Shown: positions 39,281-47,867 of the stretch, piece after piece | Numbering within the stretch: position 1 is the stretch's first letter | Layout of the letters: each line of letters starts with the position of its first letter | Assembly (NCBI GenBank): GCA_039989915.1 | Contig: JBDXGW010000001.1 | Coordinates: forward strand, 193,527 to 257,526 | DNA from: Gillisia sp. | GTDB lineage: Bacteria > Bacteroidota > Bacteroidia > Flavobacteriales > Flavobacteriaceae | Direction of reading: 5' to 3' | Length of the DNA: 64,000 nt | The notes under the pieces: generated by a model | The model's input: the letters and a program-made list of their open reading frames with translations, nothing else | Told to the model about the DNA's origin: nothing | The model's database searches: none | Translations under genes and position numbers: made by a program

Positions 39281-41041
39281 ATGATGAGGAAAATAATCAT
39301 ACTTACTTTAGCTTTTCTTGGATCTATTCCAGGGGTAATTGGGCAAAATTCTAAGGAGATCAACGGAGTGCGCATTGATCCTGAAGAAGTTTTTGTGCAT
39401 TACAACAGCAGCTTTTTAATGCCGGGGGAAACTTTGTATTACAAGTTCTATTGCAGAAATTCCCGTACAAAACAACTTAGTACCTTAAGTAAAGTAGGAT
39501 ATCTGGAACTGGTTGATGCTGCTAAAAATATAGTTTTTAAGCATAAAATTGCCCTGCACAATGGCCATGGCCAGGGAGATTTTTTTGTTCCTACTTCCAT
39601 TTTATCCGGTAATTACAAGGTGATTGCTTATACCCGAACTATGATAGGCGGTGCTGAAGAAACCTTCTTTGAAGGGGATCTAAGTATTGTAAATCCCTTT
39701 CAAAATGAGCAACAAAATATTTTCTCTTCAGGCCCTTCAGCAGTAGAAATTGGCTCAGATAATTATGGCCCCACACCTACTGCTCAAAAAAGCCAGGCAG
39801 CAGCGGCCAATTTAGAAATACAATTGAGGACCCGCCTTTATAAAAAAAGGAGTAAGGTGAATTTTTTGATTAATCAAAAGGGAAGGGATCTGGCTTCGGC
39901 AGGGGCATTTTCCATCTCCATTAGAAAGCTTGAAGATCTTGAAGTACTGCCCCGGTATACTGCTCAAAATTTCCCTACGGTCAATACAAAAGGCTCTGGA
40001 GTTTCCCCTGTTTACCTTCCGGAATTAAGAGGCCAACTTATCTCTGGAAGGATTCTAAAGAATCCTGATTTTGATGGAAATTTGGGATTGGCCAATAAGA
40101 TTGTAGCCCTTTCAATTCCAGGGGATTCCTTCTTTTTAAGGCTTGTGAAAACTGATGCCAGAGGCAGGTTCACTTTAAATTTGGAAAATAATGATTTTGG
40201 GCCGCGTACTTTTCTACAAGTGCTGGGAGAAGATAGGGGTAAGTTTACAATTGTTCTGGATCCTGATCCTTCAATAAATTATTCCTCGCTCCTATTTGAG
40301 TCCTTACATCTTCCAATGTCATTTGAAGATAAGATTATGGAGCGCAGCATTTACAGTCAAATAGAGAACAGCTATCTTGAGATGAAGCAGGATTCTCTGT
40401 TGTGGAACGGCAAACCCTATCCTTTTTATGGGGTCCTGCCAGAGGTGTATGATCTGGATGAATTTACAAGATTTAAAAGTTTAAACGAAGTCTTAATAGA
40501 GATTGTGAAATTAGTGAGTATACGTAGAATGGGAGGTAACCAGCAATTGGACATAGTGGGAGGTTTTATTGAACCCGAAGGCGGAAATTATGGGCCTCTC
40601 GTATTGGTAGATGGAGTTCTATTGCAGGATCATTCAGAAATTATTGCTTACGATGCCAGGAAAATTAAAAAAATTCATGTTCTGCGGGAAAAATATTTTC
40701 TGGGCCCTCAGGTTTACAAGGGGATAATTTCTTTTGAAACCATTGGAGGAGATTTCTTTGATGTAATGAAGAAAGATTTTATAAGTGAGATAGAAATGGT
40801 AAGGCCCCAACAAGATAAAATGTTTTTCAATCCTTCCTACCAGGATTTGGATTCTTCACAAAACCGTATACCGGATTATAGGTTGCAATTGCTTTGGAAC
40901 CCAAATTTTTCAATAACAAATAGGGCCACTAATGTAGAATTTTACACTTCAGATGTTCCAGGGGAGTATGAAATAAGTATAGAGGGGTTTACTGAAGATG
41001 GCACCGCTGTATCACTGAAAGAAATACTCAGGGTTCAGTAG
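39281..41041 (+). CDS. Hypothetical secreted protein with an MG2-like (alpha-2-macroglobulin-type) N-terminal domain and a plug-like C-terminal segment
   Basis: Signal peptide MMRKIIILTLAFLGSIPGVIG. GETLYYKFYC...VGYLELVDAAKNIVFKH...GQGDFFVPTSILSGNYKVIAYT resembles an MG2 fold. PLVLVDGVLL resembles a plug motif. The start is set at ATG 39281. Confidence 0.7.
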   Translation: MMRKIIILTLAFLGSIPGVIGQNSKEINGVRIDPEEVFVHYNSSFLMPGETLYYKFYCRNSRTKQLSTLSKVGYLELVDAAKNIVFKHKIALHNGHGQGDFFVPTSILSGNYKVIAYTRTMIGGAEETFFEGDLSIVNPFQNEQQNIFSSGPSAVEIGSDNYGPTPTAQKSQAAAANLEIQLRTRLYKKRSKVNFLINQKGRDLASAGAFSISIRKLEDLEVLPRYTAQNFPTVNTKGSGVSPVYLPELRGQLISGRILKNPDFDGNLGLANKIVALSIPGDSFFLRLVKTDARGRFTLNLENNDFGPRTFLQVLGEDRGKFTIVLDPDPSINYSSLLFESLHLPMSFEDKIMERSIYSQIENSYLEMKQDSLLWNGKPYPFYGVLPEVYDLDEFTRFKSLNEVLIEIVKLVSIRRMGGNQQLDIVGGFIEPEGGNYGPLVLVDGVLLQDHSEIIAYDARKIKKIHVLREKYFLGPQVYKGIISFETIGGDFFDVMKKDFISEIEMVRPQQDKMFFNPSYQDLDSSQNRIPDYRLQLLWNPNFSITNRATNVEFYTSDVPGEYEISIEGFTEDGTAVSLKEILRVQ

Positions 41042-41716
41042 CTATTCCACCAAAAAATCAAAATAGGTATTAGGAAAAGGTTCCGGTTGGTAGGTGTAAT
41101 GCCACCATTCCTGGGAATAGGGTTGAAAGCCGTATTTCATCATCACCTTCTTAAGCAGGGTTCTGTTATTTTTTTGTTCGGGGGTAATTTGTGAAAATGC
41201 GTGATGGGAGACTTCTCCAAAAAGATCATAACTGCCTCCCATATCAACTTCTTCCCCCGTAGCGTAATCTACCATAGTCAGATCTAAAGTGCTGCCACGG
41301 GAATGCCCTGATCTTGTTGAGATATAACCCAGCGAAAAAAGGTCTTTTTTGTCTACTTCAGGATAAAATTCGGTTTTTTTTAAAGTATCTGCCGGGTTGC
41401 GGGCCCAGGAAATAAAATGGTCTACAGCCCTTTGCGGCCTGTAGGCATCAAAGATCTTCAAACAATAACCCTTCTCTTTCAGTTCCTGCTGAACTTTCAC
41501 AAGGGCCAGTGCGGCAGGCCTGGAAAGTATTGCTACAGGACTTTTATACCCTTCAACAGCCACCCCAAGAAAGTTGTTTTCCCCGGTATACCGCATTTCC
41601 AGAACAATATCTGGGATCAGATCCTCCACATAAACAAAATTGGGGGGTAAACTGCTTTCCTGTGCGTTGAGCAGGTTGAGGAAAAGTAGAAACAACATTT
41701 GAAAAATGGTTTTCAT
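41042..41716 (-). CDS. M15-family D-alanyl-D-alanine dipeptidase (VanX/DdpX-like), secreted
   Basis: Blocks FDAYRPQRAVDHF, SGHSRGSTLDLT and WWHYTY match VanX-type zinc dipeptidases. Signal peptide MKTIFQMLFLLFLNLLNAQ. Confidence 0.85.
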   Translation of the reverse strand: MKTIFQMLFLLFLNLLNAQESSLPPNFVYVEDLIPDIVLEMRYTGENNFLGVAVEGYKSPVAILSRPAALALVKVQQELKEKGYCLKIFDAYRPQRAVDHFISWARNPADTLKKTEFYPEVDKKDLFSLGYISTRSGHSRGSTLDLTMVDYATGEEVDMGGSYDLFGEVSHHAFSQITPEQKNNRTLLKKVMMKYGFQPYSQEWWHYTYQPEPFPNTYFDFLVE

Positions 41717-41833
41717 TGAGGGTTTATAATTTGCAGGTAAGTTAAATAAAAAAGAATTCATTGCAGGTTAAACAGGCAATCCCTAATTTTAAGAAAATGA
41801 GGTTTCAGGAATTTAATTAAAACACCAGTTATT

Positions 41834-42580
41834 ATGGAATTAGAAGGTAAAGTGGCGCTTATAACGGGCGCAGGATCGGGTATTGGAGAGAGTACAGCAT
41901 TATTGTTTGCTAAAGAAGGAGCAAAAGTGGTCCTAAGCGATATAAATGAGGAAGAGGGAAAAAGGGTATTGGAGGAAATAAAGAAAAACAATGGTAAAGG
42001 TGTTTTCATAAAAGCCGATACCTCTAAACCCGTTGATTCCCAAAAAAGTGTGGAAATGGCGGTGGGAAAATTCGGCCGACTCGATATAGCAGTGAACAAT
42101 GCGGGGATTGGAGGGGCAATGGCCCCGGTAGGCGAATATGAAATTGAGGAATGGAACAAGGTTATAGCCATCAACCTTTCCGGTGTTTTCTACGGAATGA
42201 GATATCAGATCCCGGCAATGCTTAAAAATGTGAGCGGTTCTATTATCAATGTTGCGTCCATTTTAGGAAGCGCGGGGTTTGCCAAAAGTTCTGCCTATGT
42301 AGCAGCAAAACACGGGGTGGTGGGACTTACCAAAAGCGCGGCCCTTGAATATTCCTCACAGGGAATAAGGGTAAATTCTGTAGGCCCGGGCTTTATAAAA
42401 ACCCCGCTAATTGAGGCCCTGGAGAAGGAGCAACTCGACCAGATCGTGGCAATGCACCCCATTGGCCGTCTTGGTGAAGCCGGAGAGGTAGCACAGCTTT
42501 TCCTTTGGCTCGCCAGTGAGAGATCTTCTTTTGCAACCGGGGCATATTATCCGGTTGACGGGGGTTATCTGGCGAGATAA
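41834..42580 (+). CDS. SDR-family oxidoreductase
   Basis: TGAGSGIGE cofactor motif, NNAG, and catalytic YxxxK (YVAAKHG). Confidence 0.9.
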   Translation: MELEGKVALITGAGSGIGESTALLFAKEGAKVVLSDINEEEGKRVLEEIKKNNGKGVFIKADTSKPVDSQKSVEMAVGKFGRLDIAVNNAGIGGAMAPVGEYEIEEWNKVIAINLSGVFYGMRYQIPAMLKNVSGSIINVASILGSAGFAKSSAYVAAKHGVVGLTKSAALEYSSQGIRVNSVGPGFIKTPLIEALEKEQLDQIVAMHPIGRLGEAGEVAQLFLWLASERSSFATGAYYPVDGGYLAR

Positions 42581-42671
42581 TCTTAAAATTAAATTTTCAG
42601 GGTAGGTCTGCTTTTCCCGCCTGATTTTTTAATCCTTTTCTTATCTTGGAAACCTTAAAACCAGGAAAGTT

Positions 42672-45122
42672 ATGATTAAAAGATTATCGGTTATTGGATT
42701 GGTAGCGGTACTAAGTTTAAGTTGTCAAACCCAGGGCAAAGTTGCAGGAACACAAACAACACCTCCTGCTACCCCAAAAAAAAGTAATGACGATCTCAAA
42801 GCCTATAAGGATGTAATAACACCCCAGGCGAAAAGCGATGAAGGTTTATTTACCACACACTTCGTTGGAGATAAGCTCTATTTTGAAATTCCCACAGATC
42901 TTTTTGAGAAAGACCTGCTGCTGGTGAGCCGTATTGCCAGGGTGCCCTCGGGTTTTGGGGGTGGCTATGTAAATGCGGGCTCCAAGGTAAATGAGCAGGT
43001 TGTGCGCTGGAGCAGAAGGGGCAATAATGTTGATGTAAGGGTAATAAGCTTTGAAAACCAGAGCGAAGAGGGTTCTCCTATTTATCAATCTGTAATTGCA
43101 AATAACTTTTTCCCTATTCTTTACAGCACGAAAGTGGTTGCCATCAACCCCGATACCAATGCTGTATTGGTTGAGGTAAACAGCCTTTTTGAAAATGATA
43201 TTGAAGCCATCAACGGGATCTCCTCTTCACTAAAAAAGCAGTATAAGGTTAAAAAATTGGATCAAAGCCGATCCTATATTGAATCTGCTCACTCATTTCC
43301 GAAGAATATAGAGGTGAAACACCTTATGACCTATGAAGCTGAAGAACCACCCGAAAGAGGTCAGGCCGGTACCATTTCACTTTTAATGAACCAGTCTATG
43401 GTGTTACTGCCCGATGATAAGATGCAGCCAAGGCTTGCCGATGACCGGGTAGGTTGGTTCAGTATAAAAAAATACAATTATGATTCAGAAGAACTAAAGG
43501 CCGATGATTACAGGATCATACGCAGGTGGAAACTGGAGCCAAAGGATGTTGAAGCTTACCGTCGCGGCGAACTCGTAGAACCGGTGAAGCCTATTGTGTA
43601 TTATCTTGATCCCGCCACCCCCGAAAAATGGAGGCCTTATTTTAAGCAGGGAATTGAAGACTGGAATGTGGCTTTTGAAGCAGCAGGATTTAAAAATGCC
43701 ATCATTGCAAAAGACCCGCCAACCAAAGAGGAGGACCCCGATTTTAGTCCGGAAGATGTTAGGTATTCCATGGTAAGGTATGTTGCCAGTACTACCCGAA
43801 ACGCCGTAGGCCCTTCGGTTACAGATCCACGCACGGGTGAGATCATAGGCAGCAGCATCATCTGGTATCACAATCATTTGCGTTCATACCGCAACCGCTA
43901 TATGATAGAGGCCGGGGCCCAGAATCCTTCTGCCCGAACCTTAAACACCCCGGAAGCTGAAATTGGCGAAATGATGCGAATGGTAATTGCCCATGAAATA
44001 GGCCACGCGCTTGGGCTGCCTCATAATATGAAAGCAAGTGCCGCGTATCCTACAGATTCATTACGATCGGCCGAATTTACTCAAAAATACGGCTTAACCC
44101 CGTCAATAATGGATTATGCCCGTGTGAATTATGTGGCACAGCCCGAAGATAAGAACGTGCGTTATATCAGGATGATGGGACCTTATGACCTTTATTCCAT
44201 AAACTGGGGGTATCGTTACCTGCCGGAAGCGAAAAGTCCTCAGGCCGAAAAAGCAACCCTTGATTCCTGGGTACTTGAAAAAGCCGGCGATCCCATTTAT
44301 GAATTCGGGGGAGGTTATGATGGGGTAGACCCGCAGTCGCAGCGTGAAAGCCTGGGAGATGACCAGGTGAAAGCCAGTGAATATGGTCTTGCAAACCTTA
44401 AGAAGGTGGTTCCAAATCTGGTTTCCTGGACCTCAAAAGATGGATATAACTATGATGAACTGGGGGAAGTCTATGGAGAACTTACCAATTTATGGAGAGG
44501 TTATATTACCCACGTGATCACCAATGTGGGCGGGGTTTATGAAACCTATAAAACTGCCAATCAGGAAGGGGCGGTTTATGACCCCGTGCCTAAGGCAAAA
44601 CAAAAACAGGCGGTAAACTTCTTGAACACACATGCTTTTACAACACCTGAGTGGTTATTGAACCAGGACCTGCTTACCCGTATTGAAGCAACAGGTGCAA
44701 TAGAAAGAATACAGGCATTGCAAACCCGCTCCCTGAATTCCCTGCTGGATGAAAAGAGGTTAAAGCGAATGGTAAGCAACGAAGAGGTATCAGGTAAGAA
44801 TGCATATAGTGTGGTGGAGATGATGGACGACCTGCGGAAAGGTATTTTCAGCGAGTTGTATGCAGGGGCCAAAGCCGATGCTTACCGGAGGAATTTACAA
44901 CGCTCTTTTGTAGATGCGGCTTCAGGGTATGTTCAGAAATTAAAGGCCATAGATAGCGATGCTATCCTGAAATCTGATATTATTGCCCTTATGCGAGGGG
45001 AAATGGAGCGCCTGAAACGCGATATCAACCAGCGCAGGAATAATTCCAATGATGTTTTAACCAGGTATCACTGGAACGATCTTATTGCAAGAATAGATAC
45101 AGGTCTTAGGGTTGACCTGTAA
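42672..45122 (+). CDS. Secreted zinc metalloprotease (DUF5117/DUF4953-type lipoprotein)
   Basis: Lipobox LSLSC. HEIGHALGLPHN zincin motif. Large flanking domains typical of this Bacteroidota family. Confidence 0.85.
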   Translation: MIKRLSVIGLVAVLSLSCQTQGKVAGTQTTPPATPKKSNDDLKAYKDVITPQAKSDEGLFTTHFVGDKLYFEIPTDLFEKDLLLVSRIARVPSGFGGGYVNAGSKVNEQVVRWSRRGNNVDVRVISFENQSEEGSPIYQSVIANNFFPILYSTKVVAINPDTNAVLVEVNSLFENDIEAINGISSSLKKQYKVKKLDQSRSYIESAHSFPKNIEVKHLMTYEAEEPPERGQAGTISLLMNQSMVLLPDDKMQPRLADDRVGWFSIKKYNYDSEELKADDYRIIRRWKLEPKDVEAYRRGELVEPVKPIVYYLDPATPEKWRPYFKQGIEDWNVAFEAAGFKNAIIAKDPPTKEEDPDFSPEDVRYSMVRYVASTTRNAVGPSVTDPRTGEIIGSSIIWYHNHLRSYRNRYMIEAGAQNPSARTLNTPEAEIGEMMRMVIAHEIGHALGLPHNMKASAAYPTDSLRSAEFTQKYGLTPSIMDYARVNYVAQPEDKNVRYIRMMGPYDLYSINWGYRYLPEAKSPQAEKATLDSWVLEKAGDPIYEFGGGYDGVDPQSQRESLGDDQVKASEYGLANLKKVVPNLVSWTSKDGYNYDELGEVYGELTNLWRGYITHVITNVGGVYETYKTANQEGAVYDPVPKAKQKQAVNFLNTHAFTTPEWLLNQDLLTRIEATGAIERIQALQTRSLNSLLDEKRLKRMVSNEEVSGKNAYSVVEMMDDLRKGIFSELYAGAKADAYRRNLQRSFVDAASGYVQKLKAIDSDAILKSDIIALMRGEMERLKRDINQRRNNSNDVLTRYHWNDLIARIDTGLRVDL

Positions 45123-45144
45123 AAGAAATTATCCGGAAAGGTTA

Positions 45145-45169
45145 AAGGGATCGCTCTGCGCGATCCCTT
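45145..45169. terminator. Bidirectional hairpin terminator between convergent genes
   Basis: aagggatcgc-tctgc-gcgatccctt followed by T-rich sequence. Confidence 0.7.
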
Positions 45170-45189
45170 TTCTATTTTATCCCATAGGG

Positions 45190-47646
45190 TTAATTAATCC
45201 TTCCCATAGTATTTCGCTGCAAGGGGCCAGCGGCATCGTTGGATTGGAACCAGGTTTTTAACCTGTTATAATCCAGAAAATAGCTCACGCGAAGGGAAAG
45301 GTTGTTTACCTGGGGCTGGTCAAAGAGGTAATTAAAATTTTGCCTCAGGGGTTGTCGTGCATCCTGCAAATAGCTGTCCACCGCATTGCGGTATAGAATG
45401 CTTATCTGGCTTCCCGGGGCAAACCACCACGAAAACCTTAGGTCTATATTCCAGCTGTTATAGGTGGTGTCATAATTATTTGGGTGATTGGGTTCAGGAA
45501 TTACCGTCCCGTCTTCCACCAGCTTGTAAAAGCTTTCATATTCAACTTCCGAATAATAGTGCCTGAAGGCAAGATTCAGGGCGATCTTGTTATTGAAAAT
45601 GTAATTCCCTCCCAGGGAATTTATTATGGTATTTCTGTCACGCTTCCCCATTATAATTCCGTTTTCCAAGCGATTCACGAATCCAATTTCTTTGTCAGAC
45701 AGGTTCAGGCTGGTTTGATAAGAGAGTTTAAACTTATCTGACACCCTGTAATTTGGCCTGAAATTAATATTGAGGGTACCACGACCTTTTTCGTCAAATT
45801 TATACCAGTCGGCCACCATATTCACGTTCAGCTTCTTCCGGTAATCTGTATCAAACCAAAGCCATGAATTATAATAGGTAGGAATTTCAACATGCCATCC
45901 ATGAACTCTTGGTTCATAAATATCGTTTGTCCCAAGGGGAGTAGTTTCAAATCCGCCGCCAAAATTATGGAAATCGGTGGTTGTGAAACTGGAGTTAAAG
46001 TTGAACACGAAATTGCTGTAGAGATCAGGTTCAAGGCGGCGGAGGTGATTCAGGTTGAAATTAAGGGACATATGATTTAAGAATCCCTTGGGCTGCAGGA
46101 GCCTGTAGCCATAATAGCTCATATACTGTATATAGTTGGTTTGCCCGGTATATCCCAGATCATTTATATCATACTCGTTTGTTCTAAAATTTACTCCTGC
46201 CTGTACCCGGTGTTTCCCGCTTATTTTAGCAATCCCGGCCTGTCCTTCCATTCCAAATTTGGTATCGTCCTCCATTACCCAGCTACCCTCGGCACTGGCA
46301 CGTAAGTTCCAGGTATTTTTCTTATTGGTTAACTGGGTGTATAAGCCTGTGGCATTGGCATCCCGGTAGCCATCTGCACGGGTGGTATTGGTATTTACCA
46401 GGGATACAGAGGAATTGTCTCCAAACCGCTGGTCGAGTACCAGAATGTTATAATTGGTAAGGGGTTCAACTACGGTTTTGCGGGTAGTACCGGTTTGGGT
46501 GTTTTCAATTTCAGCATAGGTTTTTTTAGTAATTGCATTGAAAAATCCAATTCCCAGTCCCTTGTCTGTCCTGCCCGAGATTTTTACAGCGTTTATGAGA
46601 TCAACCGTAGCAGGTTGATAAGTGACCACCTCATTTTCATCCAGCACCGCCCTTCCGGAAGGGTAACCTCCTATGCGGCGGGAATAAAACAGATTACCAA
46701 TGGTAAACAGCTCGGTACCTTCGGTAAAGAACTGCCGCTGTTCATTATACATCACCTCAAAGGCAGAAAGGTTGAGTACGGTTTCATCAAATTTTGTCTG
46801 GCCAAAATCGGGTATAAGAACCATGTCCAGGGTAAATGCGTCATTGAGTCCATATTTAAGGTCCATTCCGCCGTTAAAATTAACATGAGTTTCCCCATCA
46901 TAATTATTAAGATAGGTGGATATGTAGGGTTGAAATGATAGCCTGGTGGAGGTTTGGATATTTTCAATACCATAGATCTCCCCATCATAGATGGAATAGG
47001 AACCTTTAGAATTGTCTATGGGGCTCCAGCTGTAGCGGGTCCCTTCCCTGCGAAACTCCCTCTCCATTTGAAGCCCCCACTCTTGCACACTTTTTTTAGG
47101 AAATCGCAATTCTGAATAAGGGATAAATATTTCGGCCACCCAACCCGTTTCGGTGATCTTAACGGCACTGTACCACACCGCGTTCCAGGAAGAATCTTCC
47201 ATCATATTGGTCATTTTGGCATCGTATTGTACCCCGGCCGCAGTAACAATAAACTGCATGCTTTGTTGCCTGTCATTATATCCATTTAGGAGGATGAAGA
47301 AAAAATCATCGGCACCAATCTGGTCTCTCTCAGTGAGCTCCTTCATTATCTTTTCAGGTTGGGGGTCGTTCATTGTTGCGCCAAAATAGATTCCCAGGTC
47401 ATCATAGATGATCTTAACCTCGGTATGTAAGCTATCGGGAATTGGCCGGCCATTGTTGGGTTGGCGTTCTACAAACCCCGTCGCGATCCCGGCATTTTCC
47501 CAGGCAACTTCGTCCAGGATCCCGTCTATCTTAGGAGCTTCGGCAATACGGGGAATAGTTACTTTTTTTCTAGGAATGCTGTCATTTTCCTGGGAAAGCA
47601 TGGTAATAGGGAAAATGAGAAGCATTGTGATGATAATGATCTTCAT
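45190..47646 (-). CDS. DUF5916 / CBM9-like domain outer-membrane protein
   Basis: 818 aa with a signal peptide. N-terminal carbohydrate-binding-family-9-like segment (IDGILDEVAWENA). The beta-barrel-like remainder ends in an aromatic-rich region. Confidence 0.7.
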   Translation of the reverse strand: MKIIIITMLLIFPITMLSQENDSIPRKKVTIPRIAEAPKIDGILDEVAWENAGIATGFVERQPNNGRPIPDSLHTEVKIIYDDLGIYFGATMNDPQPEKIMKELTERDQIGADDFFFILLNGYNDRQQSMQFIVTAAGVQYDAKMTNMMEDSSWNAVWYSAVKITETGWVAEIFIPYSELRFPKKSVQEWGLQMEREFRREGTRYSWSPIDNSKGSYSIYDGEIYGIENIQTSTRLSFQPYISTYLNNYDGETHVNFNGGMDLKYGLNDAFTLDMVLIPDFGQTKFDETVLNLSAFEVMYNEQRQFFTEGTELFTIGNLFYSRRIGGYPSGRAVLDENEVVTYQPATVDLINAVKISGRTDKGLGIGFFNAITKKTYAEIENTQTGTTRKTVVEPLTNYNILVLDQRFGDNSSVSLVNTNTTRADGYRDANATGLYTQLTNKKNTWNLRASAEGSWVMEDDTKFGMEGQAGIAKISGKHRVQAGVNFRTNEYDINDLGYTGQTNYIQYMSYYGYRLLQPKGFLNHMSLNFNLNHLRRLEPDLYSNFVFNFNSSFTTTDFHNFGGGFETTPLGTNDIYEPRVHGWHVEIPTYYNSWLWFDTDYRKKLNVNMVADWYKFDEKGRGTLNINFRPNYRVSDKFKLSYQTSLNLSDKEIGFVNRLENGIIMGKRDRNTIINSLGGNYIFNNKIALNLAFRHYYSEVEYESFYKLVEDGTVIPEPNHPNNYDTTYNSWNIDLRFSWWFAPGSQISILYRNAVDSYLQDARQPLRQNFNYLFDQPQVNNLSLRVSYFLDYNRLKTWFQSNDAAGPLQRNTMGRIN

Positions 47647-47867
47647 TGATTGACTTTAATAAAAGACAAATAGTTTTATGAATTGTTGCAGGAAATGAGA
47701 TCTTTTTTAACTAGGTCAAAAATAATTTCTTTAAAGCTCTTATTTTCAGATCTTTTTTCAGGTTTTTTTTAAAAGTTATATCCGTCTTAAAGGAGATTTT
47801 GAAATCAAAAATTATAATATCTTAGTCAATTTTAAAATATTTTGGAAATAAAGGTTTTTTATATAGA

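Noticed and set aside
41039-41044. Convergent genes whose stop codons abut directly (TAG 41039-41041 and, on the minus strand, 41042-41044) with no terminator between them.
   Set aside because: This is a real observation but probably just compact genome organisation. No structure or motif suggests regulation.
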